A stretch of DNA of 64,000 bases from positions 1,240,001-1,304,000 of the forward strand of contig JASVEC010000001.1 in NCBI GenBank assembly GCA_030770535.1. Reading direction: 5' to 3'. The translations under genes were made by a program, and so were the position numbers. Source of the stretch: Batkoa obscura (taxonomy: Eukaryota). The notes under the pieces are model-generated. The model worked only from the letters and a program-made list of their open reading frames with translations. It did not search any database and was not told the DNA's origin. Below are positions 17,081 through 29,564 of the stretch, one piece after another. Numbering within the stretch: the stretch's first letter is position 1; the number at the start of each line of letters is the position of its first letter.

Positions 17081-17288
17081 TAAGGATCTTTCAAAAGCTC
17101 TTGAACATTTTTTGAACATCATTGAAAAAACAACTTTGCATCTGTCAAAACATGCTAAATTAAGACTAAAAATCAAACTTGAATTTTGAAAATTCAGTCA
17201 AATTATTTGTATTTATTTAAACATTCTGGGTTATGGTAGATCTTTATTCAAGTTCAAAAAATGTTCAGAAGCTTTTGAAAAACCCTCA
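17081..17288. mobile_element. Tc1/mariner-type MITE, 208 bp, TA target-site duplication
   Basis: ~37-bp imperfect TIRs (TAAGGATCTTTCAAAAGCTCTTGAACATTTTTTGAAC / GTTCAAAAAATGTTCAGAAGCTTTTGAAAAACCCTCA); TA on both sides; the paralogous promoter near 15395 shows the empty site. Confidence 0.85.
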
Positions 17289-17447
17289 TAAGTTACATTA
17301 GGGTGGGTTTCAAAAATAGCGACAAAATTTAAACATTTAAGGGGAAAGTTAAACTAAGACTTAGTCAAAAAATAGTCAAAAAATAAACTATAAAAAGCGT
17401 AAAAATCAAAGTCAAAGAAAAAGATAAATTAATTCAAATTTAAAACT

Positions 17448-17983
17448 ATGTACTCTAATTTATTAATCCAAGTAAGTAATAATATGTAGCTTAACTAATG
17501 ATTATTGATCTTTCTTTTAGCTTTTTATCTTTGGCTTATCATTTCTTGTTTGTAACGGTGACGACTCAAGCTCAAATGCCCCTTTTGGTTTAGGTTATGG
17601 CACTCCAAGTTATACTAATCAAGGTTATTTACGTTATTTCCCTATACCAATTCCAATTGTAAACCTACCACCTGCCACTAACTATAACGGTGGAAACACA
17701 AACAATTATAACAATGGAAATACGAATAATGTAAAATCTTATGTTGGAAAACAATTGATTTTGAATGGAGGTACTAATACTTCTTACGGATCAAATGTTG
17801 TAAGATTAGTTTTAGATTATATTGCTTTAATATTAATACATTCTATAGGTGTACGAATCTAATTTACCTAACCCATACCGTATTGTTAAACCTGGACAAA
17901 TGGTTACTATGGACTTTGTACAAAACAGATTAACTTTATACATTGATTCTAATAACATTATAACTAGCGCTGGCTATAACTAA
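17448..17983 (+). CDS. Secreted peptidase inhibitor, I78/potato-I-like, copy 2 (no differences from copy 1 seen)
   Basis: Same exon and intron sequence as 15556-16091, offset by 1892 bp. Confidence 0.85.
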
Positions 17984-18035
17984 TAGTATAATTTATTTAA
18001 ATAAAAAAATAATAAAATTAACAAACATTTATTTT

Positions 18036-19265
18036 TTATTCCTGGTTTTTATCATAGATCTTATCTATACTATAATGATTTTTAAACCATTTTAAAAAGG
18101 AATCTTGATTTTTGTATTCTAATACTTGATCAATATCACTTAGCTTCCAATTCCATTCGTCTTCAGTTATCTTACCAACTTTTGAAAAGTTAAAATAGTC
18201 TGAGTCAAAGGTAAGTATAAACTTTCTACGTGATGTATCATCAACAATGATTGTTGTGGCATCTGATAACTTGAAATTAACATCTGCGTCACATTCTACA
18301 TATAATTTAAACTGGGTTCCTTTCTTTAATTCTTCAAGTATTTCACTTCGATTGTTATTGTCAGTCTCCTTGTTGAAAGCAATTTTTTTATTAACAATGA
18401 TTCTACAGGTAAACAAAAACAAGTTAAAATAATTCTCATTGTGGATCGAATAACCTTCTTTTGGTCCAAGGGTAATAAAAACATCACTTATGTAAGTATT
18501 ATGTACGTTTAAAACATTAATTGCCACACTTCCTTTTTCCTTTTTGACTTTCTCTAACTCTTTAGAATAAAACTTATGCAAATCTTCATCCATCATGCTT
18601 TTTAAGTTCTCTTGATCGCCCAAACTTAAACTTTGGCATAGCCTTTCAAAAGCTAATTGAGCTACAAAATAGTTTATAATAGTATATAATACAGCAGCTA
18701 ATTACAACTTACCTCCCATAACAAATTCTTGTTCAAAATACCTAGAGTCTATAGCATACAACTTTAAAATCCATTGACTTAGCATCCTACTTAACCACAA
18801 GTAAAACCTTGCTGGGAAGATAGGTAATCTATTAAATATGGGACTTAAAATGTAATTCATGTTGTTAAACCTATGCTTTTGGTTTCCATATAGCCAAGCT
18901 AAATTAATTTAAACTCAGTAAATTACCAGTACAAAATTAAATAAAATTACGAAACAAAATGATATTTGTTGTTTTTTCTGGGGGTGGTGGTAAGTTGTCC
19001 TCTTGTCCTGGGTTCCTCACTGGTCTATCAGGTAGCTTATCAGAAATCGACGGGTCGTCTAGCTAATATTTTCAATGTTTTAAATTAATTCTAATCTACT
19101 AATAATGAATTATATTACATTTGTCTCTTTGATATTTAAATAAGATTTATTGATTAAATTCCTTTGTGGGTTATTTGGTATATGAAACTCCCTCTTAATG
19201 AGCTTTTGAGCTACGCTCTTATGTAATGGGGATTGGAGGTAGTAATATATTCTTTTGCTATTCAT
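18036..19265 (-). CDS. Mitochondrial Tim44-like domain protein (MAIP1-like), multi-exon
   Basis: Basic presequence MNSKRIYYYLQSPLHKSVAQKLIRRSFH; EFVMG-AQLAFERL...ENLKSMMDEDL and WKLSDID motifs resemble the Tim44/MAIP1 fold. Confidence 0.6.
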
Positions 19266-20231
19266 GTTTTGATTTAAAAAATGTTTTTTATTTCTTGATA
19301 GTCATTAAATTTATGACGTTAGTCTTAAAAATAAGTAGCCAATCAGTTAAGCGCTTTGAATTCATTTATGTTTTTATAGTTAAGGAACCATAAATAAACT
19401 TAATAGAATGTATTTTTAAGTTAAGAGTATATAAAGTTTTGTAATGTATAATTATTTTAAGATAAAACATAAAAGAACAAGAAAATGATTGAAAAACTTT
19501 AAGTTTTATTTAAAATACGGAACTTTCGTAGAAATAAAATTACCTCAACTATTTTTTTACTAAAAGGTATAGAAGAAATCTTAATAGGCAACAGCTAAAT
19601 ATCTAATCTAAAACTGTACTCTTTTGTCGTATTAAAAATAGCTGGCTTGTCTACTGTATAGTTATTAATATATGTACCTTTGCTTTATATTATTACTATT
19701 ACTTATTAAGATGAATTTTAGTATAATAGTTATTAGATAACATGATAAAAGATATATAGTAGTACAAAATAAAAGGGATGGTTAAAATAAGGTTTCAGAA
19801 CGTAAATTAATATATTAGTCTTACAAATGTCCTTAATATTTTACTATTTATTTGATTATAATCTATTAAAAAAATTAACTTAATAATATATCATAGTGTA
19901 TAATGGGACAGTAATAAAACAAATCTATATTAGCTTAACTTTTAACATAAAATTGATAAAAACTTTATTATAAAAACTAATTTAATTATATCTATCCAAA
20001 AGAGCTTTATAATGCATTAAAATAAAATAATAAAACCCCCCCCCCACTTTAAAATATAGCAGTAGTACAATTCAAAAACAAAAATTAATAAAATAAAATT
20101 CAGACTTATTTAGTTTAAGGCTAGGTTTACCAAGTGTGATTTCCCTTTTTTATAGTTTGAATTCGCTTTTCTTTTAAAAACAACATGCAAATGTGAGTTT
20201 TGATCTTTGAATTTTATACTACCCAACTCAA

Positions 20232-21478
20232 TCAAGCAATTTCATTGTTGGTGTTATCCAGCACCTTTGTAACATCATCAACGGTTGAAAGATCTTTGAG
20301 GAAAGGAATAAGGTCCAGTAATTCAGTATCATGAAGATCGTTAAACCAGGTTGTGATAGGTACGGCGTTAGCTGGATGAAATAAATAACTTGTGGGGGAG
20401 TTATCAATAATTATAGTGTGAGCAAGGTCACGACCAACTTGAGATAAATCCTAAGTTTATATTAATAATTGTACTATTAATTTATACAATAATAGCTTAC
20501 CTTAACATAGTTACCATTATGATTATAACAGGATTCTCTGAATAATCGGTGGCTAATAACTTTATGTCTATCTAACATATCGAGTACAGGATCAGCATAC
20601 TGTAAAAATGAAAGTTAGTATTTATTAAATGTAGTATAAACAGTGATATTACTTTAGATAAACTAGCTGTAAATACTACAACTTCGAATATTTCTCCAAC
20701 TTTTAAAAGGAACTCATCTACACCTGGTCTTTTAGCAACATAAACATTATGGAATTGATTATCAATTTCGACTGGTACTATAAAATCTGGATGTTCGATA
20801 AGCTAATTCAAGTTAATTTATAAATATATTATAATAATATTATCCTATTACCTTAAAAGAACTATGAACTAGTGTTTCATCTAAATCCAACACTAAGCAC
20901 TTTTTATTCTCAAATTCAGAGGTAGGTGGATCAAGAAGATATTTTCTTGAACTCTAAACAATAATCAGTTTTAATTTCTATAAAAAAAGCATATAACTTA
21001 CGGTAGAAATGCGTTTAGGATCAGGTAAGCTTTTTTCAATAACGATAGCAGTTGGAGGGCTACCATCTGGGGAGGCCGAATAAATTAAACTATCCGGAGA
21101 AGAAGGCTTTTCAACTTGGGCCTCTTCCTCTACTGTTTTTTCGTTTGAAGGAGGGAGTGCAGGCAATGGTGTTTTTTCTTCAAACTCCATCTTTTCAGGG
21201 CTACTCCAACACATAAAAAGTGAGAATGGGTTCTTACAGCTAAGTTTAGATGAACCCTTTTCTGACTTTCCCTTTCCTTTCTTTGAGGCTAAATTAGTGA
21301 TTAGTTTTGGTTTAATATTGTAAGGCACAAGCTTACTTTTCTCCGACTTAGTTGAGCTTGAAGCTACAACTTTACTTTGAGGAACATTGTCTTTTTCAGA
21401 GTTAGCTGGCTTAGGTATTATATCAATGTTTGAAATAGGTGACTTTGAGGAAGCTTGGGTTGCAGTTTGAACCGACAT
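20232..21478 (-). CDS. PSR1: CTD small phosphatase (Psr1/SCP1, NIF/FCP1-like HAD)
   Basis: [54 protein letters not shown]; low-complexity N-terminus. Confidence 0.92.
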
Positions 21479-22588
21479 TTTTAAGTATTATAATCAGTTT
21501 AAATAATAATAAAACAGGGGATATTAGGGAAATATAAAATTAAAAGGTACAACTATTCTAAGAAATCTTAAGGTTGAAGGGAAGATGAATCAACTTATTA
21601 TAAATAATTAATGAATCTAGTAATAAGGTTGGATATTAAATATAATCAAAAAGAAAAATAAACAAATTATTTAAAGGATTTAATTAAAAATCAAAATAGG
21701 GATAATAACTTAGGAGTTTCTTTTCTTGAACTCCAGTTAAATTGCAAATTTTGGCTGCCACTTCTTAATTTAGAAGGCCCTTGTTCAAAATCAAGGGAAT
21801 TACCACATTATTTAAGGCGGGACAATAGAACTTTATTTGATACTTCTCAATCAATCAAGTAAATAAGAACTGATTTAGAGTCACATTATTGGCTTAAAAG
21901 AATTTTAACCATTGAAAAATATGTTCCGTTCTATGCTATTGGCTTATTCTTGTAGTAAGTTTGAACAGTTTTAACCAAAATACTCAATTTACACACTGAA
22001 TTTGCAATAACATTTTCGTTAGAAAGGAAAAATGAAATGAGCTTGAAAATTAAATAAAAAATCTCGTTAAAACTTCTTACATTCCCCAAGATTAAATAAT
22101 AAGTAAGATAAAAAAGTTAATAAGTAGATTTTATAAAAAGAATAAAGAAAAGTGAAAGATTAAAATATACTATTTAAATAACTAGTTTATTAATTTTAGT
22201 TTGTTACTTTTTACTATTATAATTCGGTAACTTTACAAAAAAAACTCGATTCATTTATTAAAAAGCTAAAGGATGGGGAAACTTTAAGCTAGAAGCACCA
22301 TGAATTAAAAAAAGGAGCAATTTCTAATATTTGCAAGTTGGACATTTGTTAATTTATTACAGAAATAGCTAATCTAATTAATTAACTTAGTTTTCATTTC
22401 AATTTAGAACTTAATTCGGTTTTATTTCTCCACAGTCGAAATTTTTCATAGTTGCAACTTGAGTGATAAAATTTCCAGCAAGTGACGCAAAAATTAGTTG
22501 ACTTAAATTAAGCAACTTTTGATTTTAAAGAGTCTTGGTAATAATTGACTCATAGCATTATGGTTAAATGAAAACAATGGCTTTCATA

Positions 22589-22833
22589 TGTGCAAGTTTA
22601 AAAGCTAAGTTGAAATTAAAAATAGAATTTTCTAATTCACTTTTTTCGTCCATTTCCTGTAGCGTAAATTTTTTTTAAACTATTAAGCAAAACTGGACAA
22701 AAAAACGTCCTAATATAAGCTATTTTAAAACTAAACAAAAAAGCAAAAAATTTTGTAGCACTTGGTGTTTAATTTGCAATTTTGCTAAAAATCAGATTGG
22801 ACAAAACTTAAACTAAGCTTTTAAACTAACCTA
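22589..22833 (-). mobile_element. ~245-bp TIR MITE (family B), copy 2
   Basis: Reverse complement of 11402-11635; TA on both sides. Confidence 0.75.
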
Positions 22834-23281
22834 TATATATCAACTTGTATAAATGGTTTCAATGATTGAGAGTACGTTCATACATTCACAAATAAGAAAA
22901 AAGATCGAGGTTTATATCAAAATCGACATTCATAAGTCAAAAATCTTATATATTTTATCAAAGATTATATAATTTCACAATTAGATAAGTAAAGTTAGAT
23001 TTGATCATACAACAAAGCTTTAAATTAGCTATTAATATTAGTAAGAATAATTTATTATAAAAAATAACTTTGATTTAATCTACGTGTTACATATCATCTT
23101 TGAAATAAAATGTTTAATATACTTGTTATCAATTCCTTTAATAACTAACACAAAAGTAATTAAATTTATTAACATGTTTCAATTAATTAAATACATTTAA
23201 ATCGAAAAGTGAAATGTTATTTATCGTGATAACACTATTTCAACATTTAAGAAGGATGATATATTATAGATATAAACAGAA

Positions 23282-24122
23282 TTATAAGATGCTATCTTGG
23301 AACCGATTTTCAAATTTATCGCCTCCCCTTCCATTATTACTTGAATAACTATAATCCAAACCCAAATTTTTGCTTTCATTAAATTTGGTGATTTTGGCTG
23401 GTTCCACAGAAGCTCTAAATGAGGAATCTAAAATAAGGGATTCTGTAGTTTCATAAAAGTTATTTTTTGTAGTTCCTTTTTGCTCTATATCACTATAATC
23501 GGATGGACTTGCACGGTTTAAACTTGTCGCTGTAAGAACAGAAGCTCTAGCTTTTACAGCTTTTTCAGGTTTATTTATAACATCTAATGGGCTTAATAAT
23601 GAGTTTCTACCAATGCCACTTAGCTTAGTGTTTGTTTTTGAGTAAATGTCTTCACTATCTGAATAAATATGATCAAGATCTTCATTAGGTTGGGTAAAAA
23701 TAGATTGAATCCCATGAAGCTTTTCCTCTTCTTTAATTGTATTCTAAAATAAAAATTTTAAGTAAAAATTTTAATATATAAATAGTGGCCCTTACCAGAT
23801 TCAGTCTAGAAGTTGCAACGCTCCCAGGAACTTGAATTGCTTTATGTCTACGATATCGCATAATAAGATACACCATAACTAATATAAAAACAAAAAAAAC
23901 GCTACCACAAGCTATACCGATAATAGAGGGCGTTGATAAGCCCCCTGAATTTGAATCTTGGTTTAAACTAGCCTCACTGATATTACCATTTTCATCCACG
24001 CACACTGTTTTAAAGCATACATTACAATTAATAAATTTTTGAACACATTTTTGAGGGCTCGGGCACTTTGGATCACAATTAAAAGCAGTTTGTTTGCAGT
24101 TAGGACAATCACTTTTACCCAT
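23282..24122 (-). CDS. Opy2-like single-pass membrane protein with a Cys-rich ectodomain (2 exons)
   Basis: Eight-Cys CPNC...CDPKCPSPQKC...CNVCFKTVC, then Ser-rich linker, transmembrane segment and RYRRHK; intron 23795-23744; ends GDKFENRFQDSIL. Confidence 0.7.
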
Positions 24123-25653
24123 TTCAGAAAGTTGTCGATTTAAATTAAGAAGTAAAAAAGGTTAAGATCCAATCAACTAGTAAATTTAATATAGTATTTA
24201 TTTTTAGCTTTCTATTTAGTATATGGTTTGCTCTATTCTATTTATTAAACTTGGTCCTAATGATAATAATTAAAAGTAGAATTAAAAGTATGATGATGAT
24301 TGGCTAGAGAAGCTTCTTTTGTTCCTAGTGCCGAATTTATGTAAGTGATTTGTATAAATAAGGAACGACCTTCATTTAGTTAATGAAAATGAATTTAGGT
24401 CCTTAAATTTAAGTTTGTGGATTTAATGAGTTTAAAATCGACTATAATATATTTTATAATTTAAAGCCAAAGTTTTACTAATTTTGGACTCTTGTTTTTA
24501 ATTTAAACTTAAATATAATATAAAAAATATATTATGCTGCTGCTCATCCTTTTTTATACTGAATGTTTGATTTGAAAATTGACCAATTTTAGAAATTCTA
24601 GCAATATTTCAACCAATAATACCTCATAATATACCATATCCCTATTAAATTTAAATTAGAAAATGTTCTGAAGATTTGTTGATTGCATTAAGCTGAAGTC
24701 ATCCCTTAAAAATCCCTCAATTCTATTCAAATATTTATTATATTCATTATATTTTATAAAGCTATTTTACAGTGCAACTTTTGGCCTCGAAATCATTTAC
24801 TTGCTTCAAATAACTACAGTAATCTTAATCCTTTAATCTAAAATCGAATATACAGTTATTTAACTTTAGTATTAAATTTGAGCTTAGTTTTAACTAAATT
24901 CTCTTCAAGAATAATATTTCCAAAAAGAATAACTTCAATATCTATAACACAATATAGGATAAAACGCTTACTAACTTCTTTTCTTGGAGCTGAGAGTCCC
25001 AAGTAAGACTGATTTACCGCCGACGTCTCTTTGAACTGGTAAAAATAGTCAGAGCAGTTTATAAACCATTTTTAGCTTGAGATGGGACTTTATATATTCT
25101 CAAATAAACTTTTAATGGTGTTGGAATATCCGAAATTCATTGGCGAAATTAAGGAAAAATTATCAACATATTAGGCTGTAAAGGAACATCCAATTGATAA
25201 GATAATGTTCTGAAAAAGATGTGAAAATCAAACAAGATTGAGGAAATTATTACAGGGGCCTGTTTATTTGAAAGTATTGATATGCGCAACATTAAAGATT
25301 TATTGCATTATTTCAATTTATAAAATCCGAAATACGGCTCTGTATATCTAAGTCAAAGCTTTTATAAAAGAGCAAATCTAATATAATTTTAATGTTGCTT
25401 GATGAACTTTTAAATTATAGTAAAATGATAAAAACCAATGATATCTATTTAAAATGAAATGGCTATTCGAACAGTAAAGACAATTTTAACATAATAACAC
25501 AAATAAATTGAAACGTAATTTATAATCTTTTATACATTGATTATCAAAAGTCAAAGAAAATGGCGTTTGGAGGTAAATATGCGTCAGAGAAATGAAAATA
25601 ATGATAGAAATATTGTTTAAATAAGCTGGATTTTTTTAAAAAAATCGAGATTG

Positions 25654-26453
25654 TTAAACAATGTCATTTTGAAATCTATCTTCAATTTTACCTTGAAATC
25701 CACTACCTAAACCATTTTGGGACTTAGAAGTGCTGCTTTCTTCTGGAATAGGTGTTGGAAGTGGAGCATTGATATCAAAATTTCTCACAGTTGTATCTTC
25801 TTTTCTTTTAGATCTTACACTTGAAGCAGCTAACTTGGAGTTTCCTTTTGATGATCCATTAGTCAAAGAAGTTCCAGTTACGTTAGCCTCAATAGTTTCA
25901 GAAGTAGCAGTTGTGTCTTTAATTATTGGGCGATGGGCCTTTAGTTCGGTAGCTCTCATTGTATTTATTACTGATACATCATTATCACTATAAAATCCTT
26001 GTTCTAAATGGTTGATATCTGCTTTATTGAAAATCGACTGAATTCCAAAAATATTTTCTTCTTCTTTTGATTTCTAATTAAATGTCATTAATTATTTAGG
26101 TTAATAATAATAATCTTATATAAACTTACCACTCCCTCACCAGAAAATTCTCCAGAATAGTTGTTGCCTCTTAAAGTTCTCTCTAGTTGCCTACGACGAT
26201 AAGCACGAATAAATAAGAAAATACCTAAACATAAACCTAATACCCCAATAACACCACATACAATGCCAATTACGGCCCCAGAAGATAAACCACCGGAGGG
26301 AGTAGAACTTGATTGTGAGCCGTCTAGAGCGCAACCCATTTCTTCAATACAGTTCTCACAGGTGTCAGTGCTTTTAAAGGTGATGGTGCATACCTTTCCA
26401 AGACCACAGTCTTTAGTACATTTACCAGCTAATAATGAATATCTGTGTAACAT
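25654..26453 (-). CDS. Opy2-like single-pass membrane protein paralog (2 exons)
   Basis: Six-Cys ectodomain, GGLSSGAVIGIVCG transmembrane segment; same intron position as the neighbour; shared KEEE..GIQSIF motif; ends GKIEDRFQNDIV. Confidence 0.65.
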
Positions 26454-27184
26454 TACAATTCTTCAAGGATTGTTTTTAATAAAATAAAAAAGTTTCTAAT
26501 TTTTGCTCAACAAAAATAAATAATCGAGGATTTCTTTTGTTGTATTACTTTATCCTAAGTATTTGTTACTTAAAATTTATTGACAAAATTAGTTCCTGAT
26601 TAAAATGGTCCAATCAAAAGATCGTTTTTAACATAATTTATAATGATTGAATGTTTAATTTGTTTTTAAAATCTTCACTTACCATAATTAGCTGTTTTTT
26701 ATTGTTTGCAGCTGGGGGGTTTAAAGTTATGACTATTTAAAAGAACATAATCATGTTAATTACCAATTAAAAGAGCAATGCCAAGGTTTTAATTTGGTAA
26801 AAATCCCTTTTTACGGCTATAAAACCTTAAATTTTATTATTAGATTTTATTTAAAACTTTTGAATTTGATACTGCTTTTAAAAAAAGATTTTTAATATAC
26901 ACATAGTATGTGATATAAAAAGATTTTAATGAATAAAACTAATTTGTATAACAATTCCTATCTGCTCGAAATATACAGTAGACATTGACCTTTTGGTGCC
27001 TTGATCTATTGTTCCTGGAATTTAATTAAATAATAAAGCAGGAAATAATATTCACAATAAATTGTTATAGAACTAGTTGTTGATTAGTAATTTATAGCCT
27101 CTGTAAGTTATTCCAGTCTTTACATTTGATGGTTTTTGTATTTTTTAATAGATAAAATTATACGAAATTCGATTTTTTTCAAAG

Positions 27185-27420
27185 AGAATTTATATATTGT
27201 ATTTTCCTTTATTTACTTTCCCTTTTATTTTATTTACACTTTGTTGATTGAAATGATACATTAATACCTTTACTTCTGCTCCAAAAGACTTTTGATCAAA
27301 TATCGAATTGCGCTAATAAACATGCAGTTTAATAAAATATTTGATTTATCTCTTATGTACAATAGTATCAAATAAAATAAAAGGGAAAGTAAATAAAGGA
27401 AAATACAATATATAAATTCT
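27185..27420. repeat. Perfect 51-bp inverted repeat with a 134-bp spacer
   Basis: 27185-27235 is the exact reverse complement of 27370-27420. Confidence 0.92.
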
Positions 27421-28142
27421 TAATTTGTATGTCCTTTAGCTTAACACTGGCACATTCATTAAATATTGTATTATCAAAACCTATAATATAAGCTCTGATT
27501 GATTTATTTATCCATAGTATTTTCAATAAATAAATAAGCATAAAATAAAATCACAGTATTTATTTATCTATCACCAAATTGGCTCTATATTGTAGCATCT
27601 ATATCTAAACTAAGTATGCTATTTAGTAATTTACTATACCATGGAAACATACACCCTAGACAAGGCTTACAAGCCATATAATCTATACATATAAAAACAA
27701 GCATTTCAAAGTCCATTTAATTTCAATATTATATACCATCGATAATTGACTATAAATAATTGTTTCCCTGTTTAGTTTACTAAGGTGCTTTAATATTATT
27801 ATGATAAACAATATAAGTGAAAAAGACTACCAAAAAAGGGGATAAACTATATCAAGCTTTTCTAGTTATAACGTTTAACTTTTTATGGAACTGTTTAAGT
27901 TATAAGGTCATAACCCGAAGGTATTTCCACTTACCTTCAAGTATGGCAGATATCAATACCTAAAACATAAGTCAATAGATATTTAAAAATATAAATCAAT
28001 TTATCTGTATGAAGTCAATGCTTGAGTTCCAACAACTTCAACGAAACATTACATAAATAGCTATAAGAAAATTTATAAAGTATTAAATAAAACTTGACAG
28101 ATAATAAAACATAAAATATACAAATTTTAATTAAGATTATAC

Positions 28143-28772
28143 TTAGGCAGTTTCAGAACCTTTAACATATTGAGAAACTAGTTTTGCAAAATTTTCGCCT
28201 TGAGTACGAGCAATCTCTAATTCTTTTTCTGAAGCTTGTTTGGCTCCATTTTCACCAGCAACTACTGAAGCTCCATATGGAGAACCACCAATTACTTCAT
28301 TAGCTTCTTGGAGATGAGTAGAAGCATATCCAAGTGGTACATAGACCATACCAAAATGAGCAACGGTAGTTAAAAAGGTAAGGTGAGTAGTTTCTTGTCC
28401 ACCATGTTGAGTATTAGAGGATACAAAGGTACCAGCAAACTTATTTTGTAAGGCACCAGTGGCCCATAAACCACCACAAGCATCCCAAAAATGTTTCCAT
28501 TGGGCTGGCATCATACCAAATCGAGTTGGGATACCGAATAAAATACCATCAGCTTCTTTTAATAATTCAGGGGTAATCACTTCAACTCCTTCTGGTTTTG
28601 GTGGTGCATACATTTTAGTAAGTACTTCTTGTGGTAAAGTTTCTGGTACTTGAAAAATTTTAACTTCAACATTGGGTACACGTTCAGCCCCTTCTTTAAT
28701 AGCTTTAGCTAATGAGTAGATATGTTGGTAGGTAGAGTAGTATGGAATGTAGATTTTAGTAGTACGAGTCAT
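28143..28772 (-). CDS. Flavodoxin-like NAD(P)H:quinone oxidoreductase (WrbA/PST2/Fqr1 family)
   Basis: YYSTYQH, ADGILFGIPTRFG, QHGGQETT, GGSPYGA motifs; intronless. Confidence 0.95.
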   Translation of the reverse strand: MTRTTKIYIPYYSTYQHIYSLAKAIKEGAERVPNVEVKIFQVPETLPQEVLTKMYAPPKPEGVEVITPELLKEADGILFGIPTRFGMMPAQWKHFWDACGGLWATGALQNKFAGTFVSSNTQHGGQETTHLTFLTTVAHFGMVYVPLGYASTHLQEANEVIGGSPYGASVVAGENGAKQASEKELEIARTQGENFAKLVSQYVKGSETA

Positions 28773-29246
28773 TATTGTTATTGTTGTTTTGTTTCAATTT
28801 TAGTTTATAATTTTTTTATCTTGCTTTTGGATGCTTTTATATCTTTGGACCAAATAAGACTTTTACAATTATTTATAAGCAATAGAATACAAAAGAACTG
28901 CTTATTCATACATCTTTGCCAAGTACTTCACTGCTAAATAGCCTTACTAATTACCAACACCAAATAAGAATAAGTTGTTAATTTTGGAGGTAAAAAAGTA
29001 ACTTGGTTCTATTAATTTTAATTAGATTTTAAATCTTACCAATTATACTAATTGCTTACAAACTTTTTCGCTTTTTTTACCAATATTACATAATTTAGTC
29101 TGCATTTTTAGATGTAAGCTTATTGTACTACTTTCTATCTTTTGTTATTATATTATTAATATACTATTATAAAAAATATTCTCTAGTTGTTGCTTATTGC
29201 ATTATCTCTCAAATTTACAAATTTATAAAAACTATACTAACCATTT

Positions 29247-29345
29247 GAGGATGTATTTTTTGTTTAAGAATTTTACTGATAGCCTTTCCACCCATATAGC
29301 GTTTAAAAAATGGAAAAGGTAATGAAACCAAAAAAAAATACCCCC
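29247..29345 (-). mobile_element. Sola-like MITE copy 3
   Basis: GAGGATGTA...ATACCCCC with perfect TSD ATTT/ATTT. Confidence 0.9.
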
Positions 29346-29465
29346 ATTTATTAGTTGAAAATACTAAATGATTATTGGTTACCAACCTTCTAGCAAAAAA
29401 ACAATGTTATGTAGATTATTAATTGTATATTTTGAAGTATATTGCTCTCATACTTACATTAACAC

Positions 29466-29564
29466 AGGGATGTATTTTTGTGTTTAAGAATTTTACTAAC
29501 AATTTTTCCACTCAAATAGCGCTTAAAAGATGGAAAAAGTGATGAAGCTAAAAAAGACACCCTC
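29466..29564 (-). mobile_element. Sola-like MITE copy 4
   Basis: Full-length family match; TSD decayed (ACAC/ACGT). Confidence 0.85.

Noticed and set aside
24985..25000. GCTGAGA suggesting a TPP riboswitch
   Set aside because: The downstream CTTGATCTGGATAAT.CCAGCG core is missing and there is no thiamine gene context.
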